Positions 38,933-52,711 are shown, numbered from the stretch's first letter. The stretch is 64,000 nucleotides of DNA from an uncultured Alphaproteobacteria bacterium (GCA_963758625.1 CAVWWJ010000028.1:15256-79255), one strand, 5' to 3'. The notes: generated by a model not told the origin, from the letters alone. Made by a program: numbers and translations.

Positions 38933-40303
38933 ATGCGTACGAGCGGCGGCACCGCATCACGGTCGCATTTCAGGCCTCTGGATCAGACATCGGCCGGCCG
39001 TCGGCGGATCAAGGGTACGCGCATTGCGGCGCTGGCCCCGAGCACTGGTCCTGCTCGCGGGCCAGCCGGCCCTCGCTCAGACGCAGCCGCCGCCCCCGCC
39101 TCCCAGCCGGCCAGGCTCCGCCACCGGCCGAGAGCCCGCCGCCGCGCCCCGAAGCCGCGCCGCGGCCGCTGAGCCCCGAGCAGCCCGGCGCCTGAAGCTC
39201 AATCACGACACGCTGATCGTCGCGGCGAGCCGGCCGGGCGCCAGCTATCTTGCGATGGCCGACGATCTGGCGGCTGCCGTCGCCAGCGGCGGCGAGCTGC
39301 GCCTCCTGCCGATCGCGGCCGAAGGCGGCCTCGCGAACCTGCGCGACCTCCTGTTCCTGCGCGGCGTCGACATGGCCATCGTGGCAGCGAACGTGCTGGC
39401 CCATGCCAAGGCCACCAATGCGCTCGGCGGCGGCCTGACGCACAAGATCGCCTACGTGGCTCCGCTCTACGGCGAAGAGGTGCATATCGTCGCGGGCCGC
39501 AGCATCGCCTCCATCGACGACCTGCGCGGCAAGAAGGTCGCCGTCCCGCTCGAGCGATGGCACGGGACAGTTCACGGCCAAGGACATCTTCGAGCGGCTC
39601 GGCGTGGCCGTCGAGAGCGTGCCCATGGAGGCGGCCGATGCCGTGGAGGAGGTGCGTTCCGGCGACGATCGCCGCGGCCGTGCTCGTCGCCGGCAAACCC
39701 GTGCGCTTGTGTCGCGGGCTGCCGAAGGACGGCAGCCTGCGCCTGCTGAGCCTGCCGTTGTCGGCGGCGCTGGGCGAGGGCTATTCCCCGGCCGTTCTTC
39801 TCGCCGAGGACTACCCGGCGCTGATACCGCCGGAGGCGATCGTGGAGACCGTCGCGGTGCGCGCGATCCTGGTCGCCAACAGCGACAAGGGCGGCGAGGA
39901 GACGGCGCGGCGCATCGCCAGGCACGTGCCGGCCCTGTTCGACGCGATCTCGAGGCTCGCCGTCTCCCAGAGCCACACCAAGTGGAAGGACGTGAACCTC
40001 GGCGCGGTGCTGCCCGGATGGACGCCGCGTGCCGGCGGCCGAGGCGTGGCTGAGCAAGGCGTTCGAGCAGCAGACGGCACCTCCTGCAGGGCCAATTCGA
40101 CGAGTTCCTGCGCGAGCGCAAGGAGCCCGCGTCCTCGCGAGCTTTCCGCGGTCCGGCGCAAGAAGCTCTTCGACGAGTTCCAGAGCTGGGCGCGCAAGTC
40201 GATCACGAGCGAGACCACAACGCAGCTAGGCAGCCTGAGCGCCGGCATCGCCGAACGATGCGGCGGACGGGATCGCGATGCCGGCGAGCAGAGCCGAGGA
40301 TGA
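38933..40303 (+). pseudogene. TAXI/NMT1-like periplasmic solute-binding protein, frame-disrupted; both ends uncertain
   Basis: LIVAASRPGASYLAMADDLAAAV...LANLRDLLFLRGVDMAIVAANVL...IAYVAPLYGEEVHIVAGRSIASIDDLRGKKVAV is in ORF 38841..39749. It continues FTAKDIFERLGVAVESVPMEAADAVEEVRSG and AAAVLVAGKPVRL...YPALIPPEAIVETVAVRAILVAN...HTKWKDVNLGAVLPGW in ORFs 39604.. and 39557... Confidence 0.5.
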
Positions 40304-40366
40304 CGCGGAGAGATTAAGTTTCCTGCCGACCGGATAGCGCAACTCGAGCACAAGTCCAGGACCGCC

Positions 40367-41670
40367 ATGAGCACTCCCGACGAAGTTGCCAGACTGCGTG
40401 AGATCAAGAGGCTTCTCGATCGCATTCAGCAGCTGCCCCATATTGCGGCGGCGGCCGCCGGAAACGGCGTGCACAACGGCTTCCTCGCCGGCTCGCTCCA
40501 TCGCCCGAGGCGGGCGATGCCGGCAACGAGGCTGAGGACGGCCATTGCGCGGAACTCGTCCTATTCGCCTGCACCGGCCTCGCAAACGGCACGCACAACG
40601 GGTTCCACGCAGACCCGTCGACGCGCTGCGCGCGCTGCGAACGGCATGCACAACGGCCACCACGCGGAGCCGTGCACGGTATCCCAACGGCCTCTACCCG
40701 GAGCCGCCGCCTCGTCCTCCGTCGAGCCCGATCCGGAGCCGCCGCCGATCCCCGCGCACGCGCTGAGCTCCCTCGCCTTCCGGGAGGAGCGGCACACCGA
40801 GCGAGTCGCGCGCCCTGGTGCCGGTGCAGACCGAGCGGCTCCATGGGGATCAGCCCCTGGCTGTTCGTCACGGCGACCGCCGTGAACACCATCATCGCCG
40901 CCGTGCTGGCCGTCGTCATAACCCTGGGCGTGGGCCGCCGCGATTCGGCGGAGGTCGCGCCGGCCGCGATGCCGGGCAAGGAGGATGCGCGCACGGCCGC
41001 GAAGGCCAAGCAGCTTGCCGCGCCGGTCCTGGTGCGCCCGATCGAGCTGTGCCCATCGGCTCGCGCAGCGAGCCGCTTGCGGCTGGAGGCCCTGAAGCCG
41101 TCGCGCTTCCCCCTGCAGGTCCGCCCCGAGGAGGCGATGCAGGGGAGCTACATCCTGGTCCTGACCGGCCTGCCTGCGAACGCGACGCTCTCCGGGGCGA
41201 CCCGGATGGGCTCCGACTCGTGGCTCGTCGCGCCGGGTGCGCTGCGGCAGCTCGAGATCATCGTGCCCGAATGGTCGGCCTCCGTCATCGAGCTGAGCGT
41301 CGAGCTGCGGCATGCCAACGGCGCCGTCGCGGCCCAGGGCAAGGCGTGGCTGGCGGTGCCGCCGCCTCCGGTGCCGCAAGGCGCCAAGCTCGACCAGGCC
41401 GCGATCAAGGAGCTGCTGCAGAAGCGGCGACCGGCTGCTCGAGCCGCGGCGATGTCGCGGCCGCGCGGGCCATCTACGAGAAGGCGGCCGCATTGGGAAG
41501 CGCCCAGGCGGCGCTGGTGCTGGGCTCGACCTACGACCCCGGCCGCCTGTGGTCGCTCGGCGTGTTCGGCATGGTCGGCAACAAGGAGCGCGCGCGCCAT
41601 TGGTATCAGCGCGCCGACCAGCTCGGGCATCCCGAGGCCAAGGACCGGCATCAAGGCCCTGCGCGACTGA
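40367..41670 (+). pseudogene. Membrane-anchored Sel1-repeat protein with an N-terminal His/Asn/Gly-rich repeat region, frame-disrupted
   Basis: MSTPDEVARLREIKRLLDRIQQL is followed by three ANG-x-HNG repeats. The TM helix is ISPWLFVTATAVNTIIAAVLAVVITLGV in ORF 40672... The C-terminal Sel1-like segment is GDVAAARAIYEKAAALGSAQAALVLGSTYDP...ERARHWYQRADQLGHPEAKDR in the frame of ORF 40818.., then IKALRD*. Confidence 0.55.
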
Positions 41671-41683
41671 GCGCCGCTGTGCT

Positions 41684-41709
41684 CCCTCTCCCCGCTTGCG
41701 GGGAGAGGG
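41684..41709. terminator. Hairpin CCCTCTCCCCGC-TT-GCGGGGAGAGGG between convergent genes
   Basis: The inverted repeat is a perfect 12 bp. It lies 14 nt after the Sel1-gene stop and 9 nt after the metY stop on the other strand, so it is a candidate bidirectional terminator. Confidence 0.55.
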
Positions 41710-41717
41710 AACCCCCC

Positions 41718-43634
<1,917 letters not shown>

Positions 43635-43642
43635 TCAACATA

Positions 43643-43788
43643 CCCGTCATCCCGGACGGAGCGATGCGCGCCGAAGCGGTCAGCGCTGCCCCGGACTTGA
43701 TCCGGGGTCCGGGACCTCGTGAGGTTCAGCTCGCTTCGGGAGGTCCCGGATAGCTTCGGGCTGCGCCCTCAGCTTCCGGGATGACGGG
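43643..43788. mobile_element. 146-bp MITE-like palindromic element with perfect 14-bp terminal inverted repeats
   Basis: The ends are CCCGTCATCCCGGA (43643..43656) and TCCGGGATGACGGG (43775..43788). There is an inner 11-bp inverted pair, TCCGGGACCTC and GAGGTCCCGGA. The element has no coding capacity. Confidence 0.6.
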
Positions 43789-43792
43789 CTAA

Positions 43793-43820
43793 CGGTGTCA
43801 GACCCGAGGGTCTGACACCG
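43793..43820. repeat. REP-like palindrome CGGTGTCAGACCC-GA-GGGTCTGACACCG
   Basis: A 13-bp perfect stem, read directly. Confidence 0.85.
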
Positions 43821-43826
43821 CGAGGC

Positions 43827-44597
43827 TCAGCTGCGGCCCTGGACGCTCAGGCGGGCATTGCCCGGCCAGTTCGAATCCTTGCGGTAGACGATGTCGATCC
43901 GGGAGATGATCCGATCGACGGCCCCTGAGGTCGAGGGGGACGGACCAGGCACCGGCGTTGACGTGCTGGTTGAAGTTGTAGACCTGCGTCTCGCCGTTGC
44001 CGAAGGTCACGCGCACATCGTTGAGGAAGATCGACCGCTGCGTGACGTGGAACCGAAGGGTCCGGAACGTGCCGCTGCTGGCCCCCACGACGATGGTGTC
44101 GTGGTCGAGCACCACGGTTCGGCCGTCACCGGTGCCGAGCGTGACCCAGTTGCCGCTCGGGATCGGCGTCACGTCAGGACTACCGCTGCGCGACCGACGC
44201 AGGCCGTAGAATCTGGAACGTGGCCCTGTCCCTGAAGCGGCTCTCCGTCTGGTAGAGCACCTCGACCCGTTTCACGACACGGTCGTGCCCCTTGAGGTCG
44301 TAGGCCGGCGTGAACTGGCCCGGGCCGCATGTGCTCACGCACGTTGAGGTACTCGTTGGAGCCATCGCCGAAGAACACGCGCACCTCGGCAACGGCAACG
44401 CGACCGCCCAGTCGCTTTGAACTTGAGCGCATTGAACCGGCCCTCCTCACCGCCGATGTGGAACACATCGCGATCGGGATTGAGACCGACGGACTATGCT
44501 GACCGACCATGATCCATTGGTCTGCCTTGGCCGGCGCGGCGGCGAACGCCACCATGCTCAGCCCGGCCAAACCGGCAAGAAATGCTTTGCGCAACAT
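43827..44597 (-). pseudogene. Secreted hypothetical protein made of two homologous ~110-aa repeats, frame-disrupted
   Basis: The signal peptide is MLRKAFLAGLAGLSMVAFAAAPAKA in ORF 44169..44597. Repeat 1 is ...VAVAEVRVFFGDGSNEYLNVREHMRPGQFTPAYDLKGHDRVVKRVEVLYQTESRF. Repeat 2 is ...IFLNDVRVTFGNGETQVYNFNQHVNAGAWSVPLDLRG..VDRIISRIDIVYRKDSNW...LSVQGRS*. The pieces are spread over ORFs 44180.., 43798.. and manually translated frames. Confidence 0.5.
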
Positions 44598-44771
44598 GTT
44601 GCACCTATCCGATGATCTTGCTTGTGGAAATTCGAGACTTGGAGCTCTCCGGCGTCGGGAACGTCCCGGCGTCGATGCGCAGCCATATCAACGACCGGCC
44701 ACTTAATGCGACCTGAGCGCGATCATCATCAGCGCGTTCATTTCCGAGGAGCGGGCGGGACACTCGCGCCG

Positions 44772-45318
44772 TCAGCGGCGGCCGGGGGACTTGTCCGGGA
44801 TCAGGTGGTCCTGCACGCCGCGTCCGCTGAGGAGGGGGCGCCTGGACGACAGGATGCCCACGTTGACCCCGGCCCAGCCGATCTCGCCGGAAACCGGCCG
44901 TACTCGATCTTGGTGCAGCGGTTCATGACCACCTGCAGGCCCGCCGCCTCCGCCTCGGCCGCCGCCTTCTCGTTGCGCACGCCGAGCTGCATCCAGATCA
45001 CCTTGAGGCCGAGCTTGTCCTTCAAGGCGATCGCCTGGCGCACCACCTCGCCGGCGGCCTCCGAAGTCCGGAAGATGTCGACGATATCCACCGGTGCCGG
45101 AACATCGGCGAGCGAGGCGAAGACCGGGCGGCCCTGGATTTCCTTGCCGGCCAGGTTCGGGATTGACGGGGATCACGTCGTATCCCTTTCCCAAGCAGGT
45201 ACTTCATGGCGAAGTAGCTGGGGCGGCTGGTGCCGGCGCTGGCACCGACCATGGCAATCGTCCGCGCCCGGCTCAGGATGCCGGCGATGTACTGGTCGGT
45301 ATAGCGGTCATGATCCAT
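44772..45318 (-). pseudogene. CoA-binding (YccU-like) protein, frame-disrupted
   Basis: [45 protein letters not shown] is in the tail of ORF 45022..46563. YDVIPVNP and SGEIGWAGVNVGILS are in ORF 44772..45194. [66 protein letters not shown] is in ORF 44801..45091. Confidence 0.7.
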
Positions 45319-45338
45319 TGCTCGACCCGCCCGGCCCT

Positions 45339-47205
45339 TCAGGCCTTCACCTTGACGTAGCTTCCCGGCGCATCCTCGATGGCGCCGCTCCTGGCGCCCG
45401 GCTGCGCGCGCGGGAACCATGCTCGCCGGAGTACCTCGGCGAGCCAGTCGGCAAAGTGCGGCCACCAGGAGCCCGGGTGCTCCTGGGCGCCCTCGATCCA
45501 GGCCTCCAGCGTCGCCGCGCGCCCGTCGTTGGTCCAGTACTGGTACTTGGGCTTGGCCGGCGGATTGATGACGCCGGCGATGTGCCCGGACCCGGCCAGC
45601 ACGTAGGTGACGGGCCCGCCGAACAGCCGCGAGCCGATGAACACCGACCTCGCCGGCGCGATGTGGTCCTCCTTGGCGCACAGCTCGTAGATCGGCAGCT
45701 TCACGCTGCCCAGATCGAGCTTGACGTTGCCGATCGTCATCTGCCCGCGGGCGAGCCTGTTCTCCTGATAGAACTCGCGCAGGTAGAACTTGTGGTTGGC
45801 GGCGGGCAGGCGCGTGGAGTCCTGGTTCCAGAACAGCAGGTCGAACGGGAACGGCTTCTTGCCCAGCAGGTAGTTGTTGACGATGTAGGGCCAGATCAGG
45901 TCCTTCGGGCGCAGCATGTTGAACACGGTCGCCATGCGCGCCCCGTCGAGATAGCCGCGCTCGGCCATCATCTCCTCCAGCGCCTTGAGCTGCGCGTCGT
46001 CGATGAACACCATGAGGTCGCCGGCCTTGGTGAAGTCCACCTGCGCGGCGAAGAAGGTGGCCGAGGCGAACGGCTCCTCCCCGCGCGCGGCGAGATAGGC
46101 GAGCGTGGTGCCGAGCAGCGTGCCGCCGACGCAGTAGCCGATCACGTTGACCTTGTCGGCTCCCGGTCTCGCGCCTGGCGGCATCGGTCGCCGCCAGGAT
46201 GCCTTCGCTCATGTAGTCCTCGAAGGTCTTGTGCGCGAGGCGCTCGTCCGGATTGACCCAGCTCACCACGAACACGGTGAAGCCCTTCGACACCGCGAAC
46301 CTGATGAAGGATTTCTCCGGGCCCAGATCGAGGATGTAGAACTTGTTGATCCACGGCGGCACGATCAGCAGCGGCCGCTCGTGCACCTTGTCGGTGGACG
46401 GCGCGTACTGGATGAGCTGGATGATGTCGTTCTGGAAGATCACCTTGCCCGGCGCCGTGGCGACGTTGCGTCCCACCTCGAAGGCATCGACGTCGGTCTG
46501 GCTGATGTTGAGGAGGTCGCCCGACCGCTCCATGTCGCGCACGAGGTTGGCCATGCCCTGCACGAGGTTCTGCGGCGCTCGACTGCGCCGTCTCGCGCAG
46601 GACCACGGGGTTGGTCAGCGGGAAGTTGGAGGGCGAGAAGGCGCTCACGACCTGCTTCAGGTAGAAGTTCGCCCGCTGGCGCGTGCGCTCGTCGAGACCC
46701 GCGGTCTTGTCCAGCATGCTCCTCGAGCCAGCGCGCCGTGATGAGATAGGCCTGCTTCCAGAAGTCGAAGTAGGGGTTGCGGCTCCACTCCGGGTCGTTG
46801 AAGCGGTTGTCGCCCGGCTCCGGCTCGGCCACCGGCGGCGCCTCCCCGCCCATGGCGCGCTCGGCGATGTGCGCCATGAGCTGCATGTACTGGCTGAACA
46901 GCGCCGCCTGCGCCTCGACCAGCCTTGGCGGGCTCTGCCATCCAGGGCTGGGTGATCTCGGAGAAGAGCTTGGCCGCCTCCGTCCACTCGCTGGCGGCCG
47001 TGTAGGCGCCCGTCGCGCCCCGGGCGCGCTCGAGAAACCCGTTGAGGACCTTCTGCCCCTCCTCCATGAGGCGCAGCACGTTGCGGCCAAATGCCTCCGG
47101 ATCGGCGATCCGGTAGGCGCCGAGATCGACGCGGCCTGGGGCAGACCGGCGGCGGACTCGGTGCTGTCTGGTGGCGGATGCTTCTGCATCGGCGGATTTC
47201 TGCAT
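45339..47205 (-). pseudogene. phaC: Class I poly(R)-hydroxyalkanoate synthase, frame-disrupted
   Basis: The N-terminus MQKSADAE...RIADPEAFGRNVLRLMEEGQKVL is in ORF 46657..47328. DNRFNDPEWSRNPYFDFWKQAYL is in ORF 46440..47333. [21 protein letters not shown] is in ORF 46142..46987. [39 protein letters not shown] is in ORF 45022..46563. The lipase-box region [13 protein letters not shown] through to ...[12 protein letters not shown]...YVKVKA* is in ORF 45339..46184. Confidence 0.85.
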
Positions 47206-47416
47206 CGTGGGTCTCGCGGGACGGGGCCGAGCAGGCACACCATACCCTGCTTTGCCTGCCTGAAGATTACTTGGCGCGTGCGTCGCCCGGCTGCACCAGC
47301 TCCAGCAAAAAAATTCCAGTGTTGCCATGTCAAAGCCGCCAGAATCAGCTAGCGGTCATCCACAAACAGCGAAGACTTCGCAGTGCGATGGTGCTACACA
47401 TCGCGCGCGCGGTCAG

Positions 47417-47659
47417 ATGGAGGGGCTGATGGCGGCTACGTTGCAGGCTCGGGATCGCCTTGGTCGCCTCGGCGGCCATCGGCGCTGCCCTCGTCGGTTG
47501 CGCCGAGACCTTGTCCCTCGCCGAGTTGCCGAACGTGACAGGCTGCCCGAGAAGCTCCTGAGCAAGGAGGAGCAGGCGAAGACCGTGAACCAGATGGTCG
47601 AGAAGGCGCAGACGCAGCAGGCCGAGGCCGCCAAGGAGATCGAGAAGGGCAAGCAGTAG
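47417..47659 (+). pseudogene. Small lipoprotein, frame-disrupted
   Basis: The ATG and the C-terminus LPEKLLSKEEQAKTVNQMVEKAQTQQAEAAKEIEKGKQ* are in ORF 47327..47659. The lipobox segment RLGIALVASAAIGAALVGCAETLSLAELPNVT reads only in another frame. Confidence 0.35.
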
Positions 47660-47668
47660 CGCTGGCCC

Positions 47669-48924
47669 GTGGTCTGTCCGCCTCCAGCGTCGGTAAGTGC
47701 CGTGATCGAAGAGTTCCACCGCGTCAAGCGCCTCCCGCCCTACGTCTTTGCCGAGGTCAACCGCCTGAAGGCCGCCGCCCGGGCGCGAGGCGCCGACATC
47801 GTCGATCTCGGCATGGGCAATCCGGACATGCCGACGCCGCAGCACATCGTCGACAAGCTCGTGCGAGACGGTGAGCCGGCCGCGCACCAACCGCTACTCG
47901 GCCTCCAAGGGCATCCCGGGCCTGCGCAAGGCGCAGGCGGCCTACTACGCGCGCCGCTTCGGCGTGAAGCTCGATCCGGAGACGCAGGTCGTGGCGACGC
48001 TCGGCTCCAAGGAGGGCTTCGCCAACATGGCGCAGGCGATCTCGGCGCCGGGCGACGTGATCCTGGTGCCGAGCCCGACCTATCCCATCCACGAGTTCGG
48101 CTTCATCATCTCGGGCGCCGCCATCCGGCACATTCCGACGACCGGCGAAGGCGACGGCGCGCAAGGACCCGCTACGCGGAGTTCCTGCGCGGCGTCGAGC
48201 GGGCGGTGCAGGCACTCGATCCCGCGGCCGCTGGCGGTGGTGCTGAGCTACCCCTCGAACCCGACCGCGCAGGTCGCCGACCTCGACTTCTACACGGACG
48301 CGGTGCAGCTGGCGAAGCGGCTCGACCTCATCATCCTCTCCGACATCGCCTACTGCGGAGATCTACTTCGACGACAACCCGCCGCCGTCGGTGCTGCAGG
48401 TGCCGGGCGCGATGGACATCGCCGTCGAGTTCACCTCGCTGTCCAAGACCTACGCCATGCCCGGCTGGCGCATGGGCTTTGCGGTCGGCAACGAGCGGCT
48501 GATCGCGGCGCTGGCGCGCGTGAAGTCCTACCTCGACTACGGCGCCTTCACGCCGATCCAGGTGGCGGCCGCCGCGGCGCTCAACGGGCCGCAGGACTGC
48601 GTCGAGGAGATCCGCAAGATCTACAAGGCGCGGCGCGACTGCCTGGTCGAGAGCTTCGGGCGCGCCGGCTGGCCGATCCCGGCGCCGCCGGCCTCCATGT
48701 TCGCCTGGGCGCCCATTCCGGAGCCCTTCCGCGAGATCGGCTCGGTGGAGTTCGCCAAGCTGCTCATCGACGAGGCCGACGTCGCGGTCTCGCCGGGTCT
48801 CGGCTTCGGCGAGTACGGCGAGGGCTACGTGCGCATCGCGCTGGTGGAGAACGAGCACCGCATCCGCCAGGCCGCCCGCAACATCAAAAAGTTCCTCGCG
48901 CGGGCGCACGAAAACCATGCATAA
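47669..48924 (+). pseudogene. Class I/II PLP-dependent aminotransferase, frame-disrupted
   Basis: [41 protein letters not shown] is in ORF 47669... [15 protein letters not shown]...[31 protein letters not shown] is in ORF 47871... [19 protein letters not shown]...GYVRIALVENEHRIRQAARNIKKFL...* is in ORF 48391..48924. Confidence 0.8.
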
Positions 48925-48967
48925 CGTGATCCCAATTCCGCAAACGGCATCACGTTAGCCTCACTGC

Positions 48968-50305
48968 ATGAGCCAGCCGTTGAGATTGGGGGTCGCCGGG
49001 CTCGGCACCGTTGGTGCCGGCTTGCTGCGCCTGGTCGCAGGCGCACGCGAGCCGCCTGGCCGAGGCCGTCGGGCGCCCGATCGTCGTCGGCGGCCGTGAG
49101 CGCCCGCACGCGCGGCAAGGAGCGCGGCGTCGCGCTCGACGGCGTCGAGTGGTTCGACGATCCGTGCGGCGCTTGGCGGCCGACCCCTCCATCGACGTGT
49201 TCGTCGAGCTGATCGGCGGCGACGACGGCGTCGGCCAAGGAGGCCGTGGAGGCGGCGCTCGCCGCCGGCAAGCACGTGGTCACCGCCAACAAGGCGCTGC
49301 TCGCCCGGCACGGCACCGAGCTCGCCCGGCTCGCCGAGAAGAACGGCGTCGCGCTCAATTTCGAGGCGCGCCGTCGCCGGCGGCATCCCGATCATCAAGA
49401 CGCTGCGCGAGGCGCTGGCGTCGCAACGAGGTGCGGCGCGTCTACGGCATCCTCAACGGCACCTGCAACTACATCCTGACCAAGATGCAGGACGAGCACC
49501 GCGCCTTCGCCGACGTGCTGAAGGAGGCGCAGGCCAAGGGCTACGCCGAGGCCGACCCCACCTTCGACATCGGCGGCTTCGACACCGCCCACAAGCTCGC
49601 CCTGCTGACGAGCCTCGCCTTCGGCACCCGCGTCGCCTTCGACGAGATCGACGTGGAGGGCATCGAGGGCATCACCCAGGCCGACATCGAGGCCGCCGAG
49701 GACCTCGGCTACCGCATCAAGCTGCTGGGCGTCGCGCTGCTGACCGAGAGCGGCATCGAGCAGCGCGTGCACCCGGCCATGGTGCCGCAGCATTCGGCGA
49801 TCGCCGAGGTGTCGGGCGTCACCAACTGCGTCGCCGTCGACGGCGACTTCGTCGGCAACCTGCTGCTGGTCGGGCCCCGGCGCCGGGGCGGGCGCCACGG
49901 CCTCGGCCGTGATGAGCGACATCCTCGACATCGCGCGCGGCGCCAGGTCGCTATCCGTTCCGCGTGCCGGCCGCGAAGCTCAAGCCCTACAAGCGGGCCA
50001 GGCTCGGGCGGCACCAGGGCGCCTACTACGTGCGCCTGTCGGTGTACGACCGGCCGGGCGCCATGGCCGGCATCGCCGGGCGCATGGGCGAGCGAGAGCG
50101 TCTCGCTCGAGAGCATCGTGCAGCGCCGCCCGCGCGGCGCCCAGATCGGCATCAACGCGCGGCGGCGAGCCCGGCGCGCCGACGCCGGTCATCCTGATCA
50201 CGCACGAGACCACCGAGGAGGCCATCCGCCGCGGCGCTGGAGGCCATCCACCGCGACGGCAACGTGTCCGAGAAGCCGCAGATGATCCGCATCGAGCCGC
50301 TGTGA
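48968..50305 (+). pseudogene. hom: Homoserine dehydrogenase, frame-disrupted
   Basis: MSQPLRLGVAGLGTVGAGLLRLV is from manual translation. [36 protein letters not shown] is in ORF 49246... [16 protein letters not shown]...KGYAEADPTFDIGGFDTAHKLALL...[22 protein letters not shown] is in ORF 49011... The ACT-like region is [23 protein letters not shown] in ORF 49964... The tail is [15 protein letters not shown]...[10 protein letters not shown]. Confidence 0.85.
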
Positions 50306-50343
50306 GACGCGGCAGACGCAAGCGGCAGCAGGGGAGCGAGGCC

Positions 50344-51361
50344 ATGGCCAAGGTCGAGCAGACGGAACGGTCTCGATCGCGTGCTGGTGCTGGAGGTGGC
50401 GCGCGTCACCGAGGCCGCCGCCATCGCCGCCGCAAGCTTCCGCGGGCGCGGCGACGAGAAGGCCGCCGACAAGGCCGCGGTCGATGCCATGCGCACGCGA
50501 GCTCGGCAAGGTCCACATCAACGGCCGCGTCGTCATCGGCGAAGGCGAGATGGACGAGAGCCCGATGCTCTACATCGGCGAGGAGGTCGGCATCGGCGAC
50601 GGCCCCGAGGTGGACATCGCCGTCGACCCGCTGGAGGGCACCACCATCTGCGCCAAGGCGCATGCCGAACGCGCTGGCCGTGCTGGCCATCGCCGAGCGC
50701 GGCGGCCTGCTCAACGCGCCCGACATGTACATGCACAAGATCGCCATCGGCCCCGGCTATCCCGACGGCATCATCGATCTCGACGCGCCGCCCGGCGACA
50801 CATCGCGCAGCGCTCGCCAAGGCCAAGGGCGTGCCGGTGTCGGAGATCACCGCCTGCATCCTCGACCGCCCGCGCCACGCCGAGCTGATCGCCGCCGTGC
50901 GCAAGGCCGGCGCCGGCGTGCAGCTGATCCCCGACGGCGACATCGCCGGCGTGATCTGGACCACCGACCCGAAGGAGACCGGGCATCGACATCTACCTGG
51001 GCTCGGGCGGCGCGCCGGAGGGCGTGCTGGCGGCGGCGGCGCTCAGCTGCATCGGCGGCCAGATGCAGGGCCGGCTGGCCCCGAGCTGCACGCGGAGAAG
51101 GAGCGGCCGGGCTGATCGAGCGCGCGCCGCAAGATGGGCATCGCCGACATCAGGCGCAAGTACAGCATGGAGGAGATGGCCTCCGGCGACGTGATCTTCT
51201 CCGCCACCGGCGTCACCGACGGCTCGCTGCTCGACGGCGTGCACTTCCGCGGCAACTTCGCCGAGACCGAGACCGTGGTGCTGCGCTCCAAGACCGGCAC
51301 CGTGCGGCGCATCAAGACCAGCTTCCGCATGATCGGCACCAAGGCGGCGCCGGGGACGTGA
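50344..51361 (+). pseudogene. glpX: Class II fructose-1,6-bisphosphatase, frame-disrupted
   Basis: [37 protein letters not shown] is in ORF 50381... [28 protein letters not shown]...[15 protein letters not shown] is in ORF 50484... [13 protein letters not shown]...MHKIAIGP is in ORF 49909... [43 protein letters not shown] is in 50381... [30 protein letters not shown]...[10 protein letters not shown] is in ORF 51134..51361. Confidence 0.85.
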
Positions 51362-51537
51362 GCGGGTCGGGGGCGGCTTGGCGGTTGCCCTTCAAGTTCG
51401 CCGAAGGTCACCTCTGACGATAGTCCAACCACAATCGAGACGGTTTCGGAGAGGCTAATATTCCAGTGTATCTTCGCAGCGCCTATACTGAACCGAGGCA
51501 ACCTCGCGGTAGCACTGCTTGTGACGGGAGTAAGACC

Positions 51538-52711
51538 ATGTTCATGACAGCCAGGATCGTGGCCGTGCTTGCGGCCGTGCTGATGACGTAGCTCGATGGC
51601 CGCAACCGCCGACGCCAAAGACAAGGTCAAGGTCGGCTTCATCGGCCCGCTGACCGGCGGCGTCTCGGTCAACGGCATCGGCGGCCGCAACTCCGCCGAT
51701 CTCGCGGTGCGGCTGCGCAACGCCGACCCGAAAGCGAAATACGAATACGAGCTCGTCGTGCTCGACGACGAATGCAAACCGAATGTGGCGGTGCAGGTCG
51801 CCACCAAGATGGCGGCGGACAAGGAGATCATCGCCGCGGCGACGCATTATTGCTCGGTCGACCGCGATCGCCACGGTCGACACCTATCACAAGTTCGGCC
51901 TGCCGGTGATCGTGTGGGGCGCGGTGCTCCCGGACATCACCTATCGCAACAAGTATCCCGAGGTGCATCGCGTCAACGGCACCATGATCAACCAGAACGA
52001 CGCCAACGCCGAGCTGCTCACCAAGCTCGGCTACAAGACCTTCGCCGTGATCCACGACACCACCGATTACGGCAAGGGCCACAACAAGTATTTCAGCGAA
52101 GCGCTCGCGAAGGTCGGCGGCAAGATCGTCGGCACTTTCGGCGTCACCGCCGACCAGCAGGACTTCACCGCCGAGCTGACGCAGATCAAGGCGCTCAATC
52201 CGCGAAGTGATCTATTTCGGCGGCCTGACGCCGATCGGCGTGCGCATCCGCTCGCAGATGGACAAGCTCGGCATCAAGGCCGTGTTCGACGGCACCTCGG
52301 GCATCGTGTCCGACGCCTATATCCAGGGCCTCGGGCCGCTCGCCGAAGGCTGCCTGGCGTTCCGCGAAGGCGCGCCGACCGAGAAGCTGCCCGGCGGCAA
52401 GTTCTTCATGGAGAAATACACCGCCCAGAAATACGACAACCCGCCGGAGGCCTATGGCGCCTTCGCCTTTGCGGCCATGGACCTGATCCTCGACACCATC
52501 GAGAAGGTCGGGCCGGACCGCAAAAAAGTCATCGCCGAGCTGCGCCAAGGTGAAGGATCGCGATTCGATCGTCGGCAAGATCACCTTCGACGATCACGGC
52601 CAGAACACCGTGCCGGTCATCACCAAGTACGTGATCCAGGACGGCAAATTCGTGGAGTGGGACGACAGCGAATATGCCACCGGCAAGCGCAAGCTGCCCG
52701 GACAGAAATAG
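51538..52711 (+). pseudogene. Branched-chain-amino-acid-type ABC transporter substrate-binding protein, frame-disrupted
   Basis: The signal MFMTARIVAVLAAVLM is from manual translation. KVKVGFIGPLTGGVSVNGIGGRNSADLAVR...LVVLDDECKPNVAVQ is in ORF 51596... TVDTYHKFGLPVIVWGAV...FAVIHDTTDYGKGHNKYF is in ORF 51783... IYFGGLTPIGVRIRSQMDKLGI...AYGAFAFAAMDLIL is in ORF 52207... The tail ...KYVIQDGKFVEWDD...GQK* is in another frame. Confidence 0.8.
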
